Source of the DNA: a virus
Taxonomy: Duplodnaviria > Caudoviricetes
DNA length: 61,387 nucleotides
Virus record (IMG/VR): IMGVR_UViG_3300027320_000012
Location: 1 to 61,387 of that record
Direction: 5' to 3' (one strand)
This document shows positions 27,863 through 38,707 of this stretch, piece after piece. Numbering within the stretch: position 1 is the stretch's first letter; the number at the start of each line of letters is the position of its first letter. Both the position numbers and the translations under genes were made by a program. The notes under the pieces were generated by a model that saw only the letters and a list, made by a program, of their open reading frames with translations, made no database searches and was not told the origin of the DNA.

Positions 27863-30800
27863 TCAACGGTTTTTTGACAACGCGCGTTGTCCTGACGAGG
27901 CCGCGTCAGCGGCGATCTGCGATTGAGACTTGCGGAAGCTGTCCGCGTCCGGTGTCGTGATGTTGAAGGTCTGGTTAATGACTTGACCGCCTCCACCACT
28001 CGCGCCTCCACCTTCGATTGGAATCTTACGCCCGCCTGTGAGCGGCACAACGGCTTCGTTGTTGTGGAGAATTGCCGGAACACCGCCGGTAACGTTGGGA
28101 GAGCCCATCGCGTACTTAGGTGCTTGGCGGAACGCTGTCGCTGGTGCCATGACGGATGGAATAGCTGGACCACCGCCGCCGGTAACACCACCGCCAGAAC
28201 CAAACAGTGCGGGCAGGATCATGCCGAACAGTCCGCCGAGACCTCCGCCACCACCACCACCGCCAAATAGGCCGCTGAAAATTTGTGAGAAGAACCCTCC
28301 GCCGGTCTGCGAACCTTGCTCAATAGCGGTTTGAAAGAAGGGCGCTCCACCGGCGGAACCAGCAGACACAGCCGTGCCCATCGCGGTTGCTGCTGTGGTA
28401 CCGCCTGTGACGATGGACGTGTTCATCGCCGTCCCTGCGGAAGTACCCGCCGTTGTAACACTTGAATTGATCGCTGTTCCTGCCGACGCTCCACCAGAAG
28501 CGACACCCGCCGAAAGCTGGCCTGACGCTGTGCTCATTGCTTGCTGGATAGCTGCCGCAGCTTGTTGTCCACCGTTGATCATCGCTTGGCTGATAGCCTG
28601 ACCAGCCGCCTTACCGTCAAAACCCGCAGCGAGTGGGTCGCCTTCGGGCTGACCAATAGAGCTATTGCCGAACATTCCAGACAGTATGCCGCCGAGGCCG
28701 AAACCACCTTCGCCTTGACCGGATATGTTCCCACCGAGCATCGCCGTCAATTCCTTGACCGCCATGTCAGAGATAATGTCTGCCGCCGTGGACAGGATAG
28801 AAGCGCCAAGCTCTTCGAAGCTGAACTTTCCTGTCTGGATGAACTTAGATATTTGATCGCCAAGGGACTCAAACACCTGTGTTTCAATCGCCTGCCCGGC
28901 TTCGCGCCACGAGGCGACGTTATTCATCCAGTCATTGACCGGGTCGTTAGCCATTTCCGTTAGGGCTTTGTTTAGACGCTCTGCTGCTTCGATCTGCGCA
29001 ATAAACGCCATCGTTTGTTCATCGGTCATCACGACGCCGTTGGCGAAGGCTTCGCCAAGCATGTCCGCAGCTTCTTTTGATTTGGTCAGGCCGCTTGCCA
29101 AAATCTTGTTGGCCTGATTTTCGGCTTGGATGCTGAGCAGGTATTCGTCGCGGGCTTCCATCAACTCTTGGAGTGCTGTAAGCTCTTCTTTGGAGCGACT
29201 ACCGCCGCCACCGCCCTTTCTTCCGCTGCCTCTGTTAGACTCCGCCGCACGTGTGGCCGCTTCTCCCGCTGCAATGATGCGCGCGCGGTTCGCTTCCGCC
29301 GTTGCAAGTTCCCCGGTTAGGTCGGAGACGATGCCAACAGGTACATCGCCAAACGAGGACTTTGCCGTATCAATAGTGGTTCGCAGATTTGAAATCTGTG
29401 CGTCAACGTCAGCAACGGCACGTGAGGTACGTCCGAAGTTAAGGTCTTGAGCAATCGCTTTATCGACCCCTTCCATACCTTCGATCTTGACGCGAAGCTC
29501 CGCGTCTGCCACAAAATCATTAGCGGTTGTTGCAATCGCTGCGTTGATTCCTTGTGCGTCGGCAAGAGCCTTGGCGTATCCGTTGATCTGTGTTGCGGCT
29601 GCGGCTGCTGCGTTGCCTGCCGCACCGAAGCCTCCGGCGGCACCGTTAGCTGCGGCGCGGGCGGCGTCTGCGGCTGCTTCCGCTTCTTCTAGTGCATCAG
29701 ATAGTACGATAGAATCGTCCGCCGCTTGAATGGCACGATCTGCCATTTCACTCAAGCCGCCTGTCATTCCTTGGACCGGTGCAACCGCAGCCTCTATACG
29801 CGGCTTCAATTCCGCCATGCGTGTAGAAAACTGTGCAGCCGTTATCTCACCTGTCTGGAACTGCCCTACCAGTGTGCCAAAATCATCAAGCAACCCGTCC
29901 GTTACCGTAGGGATAGTAGACAAGGCGCGCTCAAGTTCGGCAATGGAATCTGTAAGATTACTTGCTGATGTGCTTTCCAGAAGCTCACGTATCTTCGGGT
30001 TGATCTCTACGGAACCTATGTCCGCGTATCCTTCGCGCAGCGCGCGCACTGTGTTTAGGGATACTTCCAGAGCCGCGTTAGTCTCGATTATTGCCTCGAC
30101 CTGTCCGCCACTGGTGCTATCAAGCTCTTTCTGTGTTGCCGCAATTTGTCGGATAATTTGTGCGGCGGGGAGCAATGCGTCTTCGAGTCGGCGCGCTTCC
30201 GCTTCTGGGATAGATGCGCGAACTTCGAGCATCTTCTCTTTCATTTCATCCGTGACTTCAACCAGACGCTTCATCGACGTCTCAGGATTCATCAACTCAG
30301 TATTCAGATCGCGAATGGCTTGAATGTCTCGGCGTACAGAATCTGCCAAACCAGAATCGCTGGTTATCGCGGAGAAAGCCCCACGGGTCGTTATTTGAGC
30401 GTTCTCGTCTTCTCGAAGTGAGGCCAGAAGAGCTTGCGCATTCTTCATTTCTTCGACTTGATTCAGAATCGCTTCCGCAGGAGACTGCTCAGTAGCATCG
30501 CGCACGCGGTCGAAGAAACGGAAGGTCGAGCTTTCCATGTCTCGAATAGCGCCGGTATAGTCTGCTGCGGCGTCTTCGACGCTTCCGGCAAAGGCGTTGA
30601 ACAGCATCGGCGCAAAGGCCAGCGCAGAGACCGCAATACCGAGGGGTCCACCGAGGAACCCGAGCGCGCGTCCCGCAAGACCTAGCGTGGCTCCAAGACG
30701 CCCACCAGCGACCGTAGCGCCGGTCATCGCCGCCTGCATCGTTGTTACTTGCTTCGCCGTAAGGCCTGCTGCCGCTCCTGCCTGCACCATTTGTGCAGAC

Positions 30801-32974
30801 GCCACTTGTGCGCCTGCGCCAAGACCTCTGAACGCGGACACTGCGATCAACATTTGTTGACCGCCCGTAGCGATGGCTCCCGCCATGCGCGCAAACTGCG
30901 CAATAACAATACCGCCGATGACATTCTTAGCCACCGTGCCGACCATTTCTATGTTCTGAATTAGCCATTGAATAGCGTCGCCGCCGATGCGGGCCGCGTC
31001 TGCCAGTCCTTTACCAATAGCCTTTGCAGCTTCTTTCGATTCGTTGGAATTAAGGAGACCAGCAAGGTCTCTAAATTGAATCGACAACTCGTCTAGGAAA
31101 CCCGAGTTAGCCATGATTTCGAGAAGCAACGTGAACGAGTTTTGAAGACGGCCCAAGTTAGCACCGGCACGGTTGAACGTGCGGTCGAGTTGGGAGCCAA
31201 ACGTCTTGTCAAGTTCAGCGGCAAACTTAGGCAGAACTTCCGAAGAAATAAGCTCACCAGCCTTCAACATCTTCTGCAACTCGGCTACAGATACGCCAAC
31301 AGACTTAGCCATCAAAGATACCGCGCCCGGAAGTCTTTCACCCAACTGTCTACGCAATTCTTCGGCACTGATAACGCCTTTTGACATCATCTGCTCAAGT
31401 GCAAGGAAGGCTAGTTTCTGGTCTTCGGTTCCGCGTCCGAGAACCGCCATAGCGGTAGACACGGACTCAAAGATCATTCTGGTCTGTTCGCCAGAAACTC
31501 CGGCGATGTCTGACGACACCGCAAACTTAGAAAACGCTTCGCGAGACGCGCTCAAGTTGGTACCCAACTTTGCCGCGATGCTGTTAATGAAGTCGAGGTC
31601 TCCCGCCGCCGCTTGTGCGCTGCCGGATGCCACTTCCATGGTGATGTTAAATTGTTGTAGAGCGTCACCGGCTTCGAATACCGACTTAGTGAACGTGCCG
31701 ATTGTGATCGAACCGAGTGCGGTGCGGAACAATGATGCCGCTTGGAACCCGCCACTAAACGCATTCTCAAGCCCGCGCATGCCTCCTGTCGCGGATCGGA
31801 ATGAGTTGTTTGCAGCGTTCGCTGCTGATGCTGCCGAACGCATATCACGTTCTAGGCGGCGTATCGCAGACGAGGCGTCCGCCTGCGCGCGCGCCATGTT
31901 TCTGGAAGAGTTGGCTGCTCGTGTCTGGGAGCCTTCGACAGCCGCTAGGTTCACCTTCAACTTGGAGGTGGTGTCCGCAAATTGCGACATTGCTGTGCGC
32001 ATTTGATTCGTGGTACCAATACCACCAGCCATGTTTGAACGCAGGCGGATTAGAGCCTGATTCAGCGTTGCGATTCCTGTGGTGTCACCAACCGCTCTCA
32101 GGCGATTTGTTAGCGCGGCAACCGCTTGTTCTGCTGTGCGCATATTCCCCGCAGCCATGAGGGCAGCACGTCCACGCTCCGTGGATGCTGCGGAAGCCTC
32201 GCGGGCCGCGCGTGCGCTGTCTCGTTGCTTGGCGCTGAGTGTTGTAAGGGAGGTTTGAGCACCAGTTATAGCGCTTCGCATTGTGTTCTGCGCGCGCGCA
32301 AAATCGGATGCCGATTGCGCCCCCGAACTTGCTTGGCGTTGAAAGTCGCGGAACGCGCGGCCTAGCTCGTTGATGTTCTGGAACCCGCCGATCTTCATGA
32401 ACTGCGTGGTCAGTCTTTCAACGGACAAGCGCGTCGTTTCTACCGCGCGCTGTATTCTTTCCTGATCTGCGACTGCTGAGCTTGCCCCGCCACCACCACG
32501 TGGTGCCACAGCCGCCGGGGAGCCGCCAGCCCCCGCACGAGAGGCCGCAGCGGCTGCTGCGCCTGACAGGGAGGCCTGACGACCTAGAGCGGTGTTGAGG
32601 CGCGTTACAGAGGCTGTGAGAGCGTCCGACTGTCCGCGTGCCGTGGCATAGGAAGAGGACAGCGACTGCATCTGGGATGCAAGATTGCTGGCACTGCGGC
32701 TTGTGTTAGCCGTGGATCGGATGGCTTGAGAAGCTAGTCGTGAGTACGACTCAAGGTTGCGGAGCGCTGTGCGGTCCACAATGTTCAGCTTTACGCGGGA
32801 CCCGCGAGAAGCGTCTGCTAGATTTTTCTTGAGACGGGTGAAGGCCCCGCTGCTGTCTCGGTCGAGATCGCGGACAGCCTTCTTTATAGAATTGATAGCG
32901 GCCACGAACTCACGTGCGCCAGCGCGAGCCGCCGCAGCGTTGATCTTCAATCTGAGTTCGTGGGTTTCTGCCAT
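27863..32974 (-). CDS. tape measure protein
   Basis: 1703 aa, Ala-rich; QMMSKGVISAEELRRQLGERLPGA; follows chaperones. Confidence 0.93.
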   Translation of the reverse strand: MAETHELRLKINAAAARAGAREFVAAINSIKKAVRDLDRDSSGAFTRLKKNLADASRGSRVKLNIVDRTALRNLESYSRLASQAIRSTANTSRSASNLASQMQSLSSSYATARGQSDALTASVTRLNTALGRQASLSGAAAAAASRAGAGGSPAAVAPRGGGGASSAVADQERIQRAVETTRLSVERLTTQFMKIGGFQNINELGRAFRDFQRQASSGAQSASDFARAQNTMRSAITGAQTSLTTLSAKQRDSARAAREASAASTERGRAALMAAGNMRTAEQAVAALTNRLRAVGDTTGIATLNQALIRLRSNMAGGIGTTNQMRTAMSQFADTTSKLKVNLAAVEGSQTRAANSSRNMARAQADASSAIRRLERDMRSAASAANAANNSFRSATGGMRGLENAFSGGFQAASLFRTALGSITIGTFTKSVFEAGDALQQFNITMEVASGSAQAAAGDLDFINSIAAKLGTNLSASREAFSKFAVSSDIAGVSGEQTRMIFESVSTAMAVLGRGTEDQKLAFLALEQMMSKGVISAEELRRQLGERLPGAVSLMAKSVGVSVAELQKMLKAGELISSEVLPKFAAELDKTFGSQLDRTFNRAGANLGRLQNSFTLLLEIMANSGFLDELSIQFRDLAGLLNSNESKEAAKAIGKGLADAARIGGDAIQWLIQNIEMVGTVAKNVIGGIVIAQFARMAGAIATGGQQMLIAVSAFRGLGAGAQVASAQMVQAGAAAGLTAKQVTTMQAAMTGATVAGGRLGATLGLAGRALGFLGGPLGIAVSALAFAPMLFNAFAGSVEDAAADYTGAIRDMESSTFRFFDRVRDATEQSPAEAILNQVEEMKNAQALLASLREDENAQITTRGAFSAITSDSGLADSVRRDIQAIRDLNTELMNPETSMKRLVEVTDEMKEKMLEVRASIPEAEARRLEDALLPAAQIIRQIAATQKELDSTSGGQVEAIIETNAALEVSLNTVRALREGYADIGSVEINPKIRELLESTSASNLTDSIAELERALSTIPTVTDGLLDDFGTLVGQFQTGEITAAQFSTRMAELKPRIEAAVAPVQGMTGGLSEMADRAIQAADDSIVLSDALEEAEAAADAARAAANGAAGGFGAAGNAAAAAATQINGYAKALADAQGINAAIATTANDFVADAELRVKIEGMEGVDKAIAQDLNFGRTSRAVADVDAQISNLRTTIDTAKSSFGDVPVGIVSDLTGELATAEANRARIIAAGEAATRAAESNRGSGRKGGGGGSRSKEELTALQELMEARDEYLLSIQAENQANKILASGLTKSKEAADMLGEAFANGVVMTDEQTMAFIAQIEAAERLNKALTEMANDPVNDWMNNVASWREAGQAIETQVFESLGDQISKFIQTGKFSFEELGASILSTAADIISDMAVKELTAMLGGNISGQGEGGFGLGGILSGMFGNSSIGQPEGDPLAAGFDGKAAGQAISQAMINGGQQAAAAIQQAMSTASGQLSAGVASGGASAGTAINSSVTTAGTSAGTAMNTSIVTGGTTAATAMGTAVSAGSAGGAPFFQTAIEQGSQTGGGFFSQIFSGLFGGGGGGGGLGGLFGMILPALFGSGGGVTGGGGPAIPSVMAPATAFRQAPKYAMGSPNVTGGVPAILHNNEAVVPLTGGRKIPIEGGGASGGGGQVINQTFNITTPDADSFRKSQSQIAADAASSGQRALSKNR

Positions 32975-32976
32975 GT

Positions 32977-33423
32977 CTATCTACGCGGTGGCGGGCGGCG
33001 ATTAAGTCCGCCACGCTGTGATGTCGTTTCCGACTTCTTACGCTGCTTCTCGATCTCTTTGGCCTGCTTGTCGTAAAAATCTTTTAGATATTCACGATCA
33101 AGAAGCGGAACGAATTGTAGCATCTGTTCAAGGTATTCACGCTCGCGACGATTCGTCAGCGTCGCGTACGCGTTCATTGCCTCTACGGTGATCGGGACGG
33201 GGCCGCTTGCGCCGACTCCGCGACGTTCTGACAGAAAACAGAATGCGGACCAAACCCATATGACATCAGGAAAAAGGGTTGGGGCCGGTTCCTGCGGCTT
33301 CTCTGGTTCCTTGGAAAGCTTGTTACTTCCTTCGGCACGGAGCTTGGCGAGCCATGCTTCCTTACCGGCTTTCTTTGGGTCGCTATTTTCCAGAGACCAA
33401 CGCAGGAACTCTGTTAGTTTTTT
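32977..33423 (-). CDS. tail assembly chaperone, -1 frameshift (gpT-like) segment
   Basis: -1 frame is open from the A AAA AAC slippery site: KLTEFLRWSL...IWVWSAFCFLSERR... Confidence 0.8.
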   Translation of the reverse strand, partial: KKLTEFLRWSLENSDPKKAGKEAWLAKLRAEGSNKLSKEPEKPQEPAPTLFPDVIWVWSAFCFLSERRGVGASGPVPITVEAMNAYATLTNRREREYLEQMLQFVPLLDREYLKDFYDKQAKEIEKQRKKSETTSQRGGLNRRPPPRR

Positions 33424-33869
33424 GCTGCGTCCTTGTCAGCCTTTTCGCGAAAAGTCTCGCGCTCGTTGGCTGCTTGATAGACGAACTCACGGAAATCTTT
33501 GATCCCCATAAGCTGGTACGATGTTTCCTTTGAGTAAGGAATGTCGTCGCCGGTCTCAGCGTCGCGAAGGCCTTCCCAATCAATCAGCACGGCTTCCGCC
33601 AACTGACGACGAAGAATTTCGTTCGACTGATCGCTGGTCAGGTCTCCGGGCTTGCGGAGCTTGCCTTCACCGTACGTCTCGCGCACGATCTTTTCGAAAG
33701 CCTTCAACACAGCATCGGAGCGCAGGCGGCGAATTTTGATTTTCAATCCATAGAAATCATTTACGTCTAGCCACGTGCCGTCTTCTTCAAGACGCTCGTC
33801 GGTAGCAAAAATGGCATGGAGGTTGGTTTTTAGTACAGCGGGCTTCGCTGTCTTAGTGTCATCAGACAT
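33414..33869 (-). CDS. tail assembly chaperone (gpG-like)
   Basis: Between tail tube and TMP; LIDWEGL; ends GCA AAA AAC TAA. Confidence 0.85.
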   Translation of the reverse strand: MSDDTKTAKPAVLKTNLHAIFATDERLEEDGTWLDVNDFYGLKIKIRRLRSDAVLKAFEKIVRETYGEGKLRKPGDLTSDQSNEILRRQLAEAVLIDWEGLRDAETGDDIPYSKETSYQLMGIKDFREFVYQAANERETFREKADKDAAKN

Positions 33870-33974
33870 ATTGTCCTCGTCGGGTTAAGGGTGCGGGCGG
33901 ATCGGCCCCGACAACCGATCACGCCCGCGCGCCATGGCGATCTCGGAAATCCAAGATGTCGGGGGGGTAGTTAA

Positions 33975-33997
33975 ATGGGGCGACAATGTCGCCCCAT
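33975..33997 (-). terminator. hairpin after tail tube gene
   Basis: ATGGGGCGAC-ATT-GTCGCCCCAT perfect 10-bp stem. Confidence 0.55.
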
Positions 33998-34008
33998 AAA
34001 AAGTCACA

Positions 34009-35787
34009 TTAAACCGCAGCGTTCGGAGAGAAGCGGTCTACCATAAGCATCGTGTTCGTGGTCGCGTCGCGGAACGCGGTGAATTCGATGTTCTCAAACA
34101 CGTCTTGGTCGATACCACCCGGCGCGATTTCGTCTTGCGACAACTTGAACGCTGGAATGTTGAAGTAGTATACCGAACCTTCGGCGTCTGTGATCGTGAA
34201 TTCGAGAGACACGGTGTCGTGATCAATGAAGTCAGTGAACAGTTCTTGCGTTTCGAAGAACACAGTCATCGAGCCGGTCAGGTTGAAGCGACCAGTACCG
34301 ATGCCTTGTGGGAACTTAGAACCAACGCAGTTCTGCATACGGAGGCTCGCTTCACCAGTGATGGAAAGCGACTGAATGCAGGCTGCAAGTGGCGAGCCGT
34401 CCTTGACAAGGTTACCGACGTCTGTCGTCGCGTTGACCACATCACCCGGCTGTGCAGCCAGTGTTGTGTACGGTGCATTACCCAGAACCGAAGTTTGGAC
34501 AAGCGCCGTTTCACGACCTTCAAAGCCGATTGTACCTGTGACGATAGCGCCGGTAGCGATCTCAAGAGAGAACGTGCCTGCAACCATTCCGTCTTGGACC
34601 ATAAACTGGCTGACGTCTTGGAACGCGGTTTCGATAGTGAAGTAACGCTGAGCGATGTCAGTGACAACGCCGGGGTTCTTCAAGTGCGAGCCCTTGATGG
34701 TGATGTTTCCGCCCGCTGCCACGACCGGTGGGGTCGGCGACAGAGAAAGAAGGTCGTCAGCGAGTGCTGTGATCGTGTAGAACGAAGATGCACCGGCAAC
34801 GCCGCCAGCAAAGTCTACAACAGTAACGTTTACATCGTCAACAGTTTCGACGAGCGATCCGCCGGTAGCGTTGAGGTTAGTAACGGTAACAGTACCGGCT
34901 GCGTTCACCGCAACGACGTTCACAGGGCTCAGTGTACGATAACGCAGTGCGTTGACAGCCGCCGCAAAAGCATCACCGTCTGTGGTCGCCGTACCGACGA
35001 GTGTGAAGTCTGTACCAGAAACGAGAACGGCGGTGTTGGTGCCGTCGTTGACAGTGATGGTTGTCGTCGCAGCGCCTGCGGCAAATGTGACGGTACCCGT
35101 CTCGCGTGCGTCAACTGCGTCAACGTAAATCTTCTGACCGATCTGGAACTGGCCTGCTGCAATAGCTGCTGCAAACGGGTCAGTCGCGTTTCCGTCGAGG
35201 CCGGAGGCACCGAGAGAAATAGCTGTATTGTTCAGAACGACAACGTCGTTAGCGTCGTATACGCGCGCGCGCACCGTACCGGTTTCTGCTACAAGCGACG
35301 TCTCAACGATGGTGATCGTTGTGTTGCCTGCGCCGAATGCGGCGGATGCGATGGTGAAGTATCCGTTGTTTGCCGGGTCAACCCAACCAGCAAGCTTGAT
35401 GACACGACCATTGGTAAGGTAACCCGTGTAGTCCGCACCGGAAATGACGATAGTGCTCGCGCCGGTTACGGAAAGCACGATGCCTTCCCAGAAGTCCATA
35501 GTCATCGGGCGTTCCCACTGCGAGAGTAGGAAAGCTGCAAGGAATTCATCTTGCGGTCCCGAGGACCATTCAAAGTTAATGTCTCCGCCCGAAGAAGCCG
35601 AAACTTCAACGATATCGGAAACCATGCGGTCGGCACGTAGTTCGTCGGAAACAACAGTTTCCTTGTTCGCTGTAAGCGAAGACGAGGTGAGGCGCACTTC
35701 ACGCGCCGTGCCGGACGCGGGGGTCACACCGAAGGTGGATTCTTCGATGTAACGAATCTGTGCGCGGTTTGCGTCAGCAAAGGACAA
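34009..35787 (-). CDS. major tail tube protein with inserted domains
   Basis: YIEESTFGVTP, SDELRADR, GRFNLTGSMTVFF. Confidence 0.88.
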   Translation of the reverse strand: MSFADANRAQIRYIEESTFGVTPASGTAREVRLTSSSLTANKETVVSDELRADRMVSDIVEVSASSGGDINFEWSSGPQDEFLAAFLLSQWERPMTMDFWEGIVLSVTGASTIVISGADYTGYLTNGRVIKLAGWVDPANNGYFTIASAAFGAGNTTITIVETSLVAETGTVRARVYDANDVVVLNNTAISLGASGLDGNATDPFAAAIAAGQFQIGQKIYVDAVDARETGTVTFAAGAATTTITVNDGTNTAVLVSGTDFTLVGTATTDGDAFAAAVNALRYRTLSPVNVVAVNAAGTVTVTNLNATGGSLVETVDDVNVTVVDFAGGVAGASSFYTITALADDLLSLSPTPPVVAAGGNITIKGSHLKNPGVVTDIAQRYFTIETAFQDVSQFMVQDGMVAGTFSLEIATGAIVTGTIGFEGRETALVQTSVLGNAPYTTLAAQPGDVVNATTDVGNLVKDGSPLAACIQSLSITGEASLRMQNCVGSKFPQGIGTGRFNLTGSMTVFFETQELFTDFIDHDTVSLEFTITDAEGSVYYFNIPAFKLSQDEIAPGGIDQDVFENIEFTAFRDATTNTMLMVDRFSPNAAV

Positions 35788-35958
35788 AGGACGGTCTCCC
35801 TAATTTGCATAGGGTGGCACCGCCGCCCCGAGTTATCTCATGAGATTGGGGACATTCAGAGTCACCCATGTGCTTGCACCCTACCCAAATATGGACTGAA
35901 AGTCAAGGAGTCTGCGGCAAACGGGCCACACTAAAGCATCAATCAATTCGTGTCAATA

Positions 35959-36378
35959 TTATTCCGTGAAGTCGTATCGGTAGGGGATACGCATCATATA
36001 CTTGAACTTGCCGCCAATCTGTCCACGGGAAACCGCAGAATAGTCCTTAAAAGTAACGGTCCCCTCGTTGGCTACGGCACTGACTTGACGCTTGAAAAGT
36101 CTCCCCGCGTACACCGCAATATTTTGTGCTGTTCCGGGGCCTACATCTACAGGAGAAAATGCGTCCACCTGAATTACACCGACGTTGCGAGACTTGGCGT
36201 TTATGCCTGTGTTGATCGGCATGGTTTCTTCCGACGCCATGATGTGGATTACAGCGTATACCGTGCTGTCATTCTCTGGTGCGTCAGCGTTGTCAAAGAA
36301 GATCGGAACAGCCGGATAATCGGCTTCCATTGCCAGCTTCCAAAGCTCTTCAACGTATGAGGAAAATAGAGGGGTCAT
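35959..36378 (-). CDS. tail terminator
   Basis: Position; GVIQVDAFSPVDVG. Confidence 0.7.
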   Translation of the reverse strand: MTPLFSSYVEELWKLAMEADYPAVPIFFDNADAPENDSTVYAVIHIMASEETMPINTGINAKSRNVGVIQVDAFSPVDVGPGTAQNIAVYAGRLFKRQVSAVANEGTVTFKDYSAVSRGQIGGKFKYMMRIPYRYDFTE

Positions 36379-36857
36379 AGTTTGTCACTATCCAAGAATG
36401 TCAAAAGCTCCTGCAAAGTAACGGCGAACATGCCTTGCGGTGAGCGCGGTGTCAGGGGCGAACGCGGTAGCTCCCCGGCTTCAAGTCCCCCGATGTGTGG
36501 GGCGGTGTTGGTGATCCAAAACACGTTGAACGGATCGCTGTAGTCAACAGAGGCCAGTGTTCCCATGGCGACAGCTTCTGCGCCGCCTCTAAGTGCCTCA
36601 GCCCCGAGTGCCAACTTGTTTGTCGGCTCAACCGGGTTTGGTTTGGAACCCGCTGCGCCGCTGTATGCGGAACCGGCGGATGCCACGTAACTGCGCACAG
36701 CTTGTCCTGTATGCACCGGGGTGCGGCGGATCAGGCGGATCATTGCCGCCTTCATCAAGCGCTGCATGCGCAAACGCCACTTCTTCTCGAAGCGGTCGTA
36801 TGATTGGTCCAATCTGCGCTGAAACTCTAGCGGATTGGCGACGATTGATTCCGACAC
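36375..36857 (-). CDS. tail completion/neck protein
   Basis: TPVHTG, ITNTAPHIGGLE, PQGM. Confidence 0.7.
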   Translation of the reverse strand: MSESIVANPLEFQRRLDQSYDRFEKKWRLRMQRLMKAAMIRLIRRTPVHTGQAVRSYVASAGSAYSGAAGSKPNPVEPTNKLALGAEALRGGAEAVAMGTLASVDYSDPFNVFWITNTAPHIGGLEAGELPRSPLTPRSPQGMFAVTLQELLTFLDSDKL

Positions 36858-36858
36858 G

Positions 36859-37236
36859 TTACACCTTTCGGACGTGCAGAATGTACAAGCTCTCTCCGGG
36901 GACCCCCATCAAACGCTCGACATTGTACGTCGCGCCCTTGTCGTCTATGATCTGGTCCTGCGTCTTCGGATCAACGGGTATGTCCAGCTTGGCGATGATC
37001 GCTTTCAAGTCCGTAGCGGAAACGACTTCGTCGTCCATTTCGTCAATTTTGAACTTCGCCAACACCATTGGAATATTGGTGTGATTGGTGTCCACGGTAG
37101 AATACGTTCGTGTATCGGTGTCGTAGGATCGCGCGCCTTTCTCCACGTAGACACAGAACGGAGCAAGACCATCGTCTTGTCCGAGGATTTGCATTACCCC
37201 CTGCACCTGTTGTTCGAGAAGGCTCTTGAATCCCAT
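36859..37236 (-). CDS. head closure protein
   Basis: Position, size, YDTDT...LHVRK. Confidence 0.65.
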   Translation of the reverse strand: MGFKSLLEQQVQGVMQILGQDDGLAPFCVYVEKGARSYDTDTRTYSTVDTNHTNIPMVLAKFKIDEMDDEVVSATDLKAIIAKLDIPVDPKTQDQIIDDKGATYNVERLMGVPGESLYILHVRKV

Positions 37237-37782
37237 TTATCGTACCGCCGGAACGAAGCGACGCTTGCCAACGATAGGGTTGCCCAAAGCGCGCAGAAGA
37301 AAACGTATGTTGATCGGGAGTAGGTCGGAGCCGGATTGGGAGTCAGCGGAGCCTGTGTCGAAGAATTCAACTTCAACAACATCGGCCTTGACACGCTTGA
37401 TGCCTTCCGGCAAGTTGGAACTCTGTCCACCAGAAGCTGCGGCTTGGTTGTTGATCAGCCATATAGCTGTCTCAGCGACTGCCTGTTTCAATTGGTCCGG
37501 GATGGTGTTCTGATCGATCAGACAGCCGTCGCGATCATATACACCGCAGCGAGGCCAGCGCAAGCCGCTGGTCTTTACGGTCTTGTCGCCCTTCCAATCC
37601 ATGTAATCGTCGAGCCAGTTCGAGGCCCAGATGGCGTAGTCGTCTTGCTCTTGTGCGGCGAGCGCAGTCCAAGCAGCCGTCGAGGTCGGGTTGACCTCGA
37701 TGATTGTTGCGATCTCCGCTGCTGTTACGTAGGAGTTGGCGGTAGCGATTCCGCTGCCGTCCTCCAATACGAGTATTGCCAT
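37237..37782 (-). CDS. head-tail adaptor (DnaT-like family)
   Basis: EDGSGIATANSYVT, LRWPR, IPDQLKQA. Confidence 0.8.
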   Translation of the reverse strand: MAILVLEDGSGIATANSYVTAAEIATIIEVNPTSTAAWTALAAQEQDDYAIWASNWLDDYMDWKGDKTVKTSGLRWPRCGVYDRDGCLIDQNTIPDQLKQAVAETAIWLINNQAAASGGQSSNLPEGIKRVKADVVEVEFFDTGSADSQSGSDLLPINIRFLLRALGNPIVGKRRFVPAVR

Positions 37783-37783
37783 T

Positions 37784-38611
37784 TTACGACACCTTTAGAA
37801 AGCTTGGGGCGTGTTGCTCGCCAAATCCGTTGCCTTCTTGCTTACCACAATTCGCCGTTTCAGACAAGCGCACGCGGTTGAAAGCCTTGACCCATTGGGC
37901 CGCTTGGCGTGAACGCACGACGTCTTCTTCGGTGAATTCAACGACACCAACACTCTGCATAAACGGCAGCTTAGCCATTTCTACAACGTAAGCCAGACCG
38001 CTGTCCGGGATGCGCGCCTGATTGATATCGCCACACACCGCCATGTTGAGGTTGTCGCCTTGGCGTGTCAGTGTGATGTAAAGGTCGTCCATGTCGAGGT
38101 TCTCTGCCTCGTCGATGATGCACGCTGCGTCGCTGAATGTGCGTCCCTGCATGAATTCATATGGGACTTCTTCGATCATCTTCTCGCGGCGGAAACGATC
38201 AAACTCGGACGGGGACATCGAATCTTTGATCCCCTCCATGATCGGGATCAACCACGGCGCTGTTTTGTCTTCAAGTGTTCCGGGAAGGAACCCGTTCTGG
38301 TGCTTCTTCTTCGCCACATTAGGGCGGGCGAGGTAAAGCTTTTTGATCTGCCCGGAAGCAAGCATACCGCCGTATACGCGCGAGGGGATGTAGGTCTTGC
38401 CGACACCCGCAGGGCCACATGAGAACGTTAGTTCGTTCTCCGTGAGGCTGGTAATGTAGAGGGACTGATTATAGGTTCGGGCTTCGATGGGCTTTGGATT
38501 GCGCTTGGTAGCGCGGACCATCTTATCCGCTTTTCTCTTGGCGCGTCGTGTCGCCTTTGAGCTAAGTTCCTCTGTTGGTTTTGCTTCTACAAGAAGAGCC
38601 TCGTCTGCCAT
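37784..38611 (-). CDS. phoH: PhoH-family ATPase
   Basis: GPAGVGKT, GFLPGTLEDK, MQGRTF, IDEAEN, DVVRS. Confidence 0.93.
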   Translation of the reverse strand: MADEALLVEAKPTEELSSKATRRAKRKADKMVRATKRNPKPIEARTYNQSLYITSLTENELTFSCGPAGVGKTYIPSRVYGGMLASGQIKKLYLARPNVAKKKHQNGFLPGTLEDKTAPWLIPIMEGIKDSMSPSEFDRFRREKMIEEVPYEFMQGRTFSDAACIIDEAENLDMDDLYITLTRQGDNLNMAVCGDINQARIPDSGLAYVVEMAKLPFMQSVGVVEFTEEDVVRSRQAAQWVKAFNRVRLSETANCGKQEGNGFGEQHAPSFLKVS

Positions 38612-38707
38612 ATCAATGCAGTCTCCGCTAAGGCCCGCTCACGGCACACCGGTACGGATCACAGCCGTGTGGGCCGTGTTATGCGAGCGGTTGGTTGATC
38701 ATAGAGA

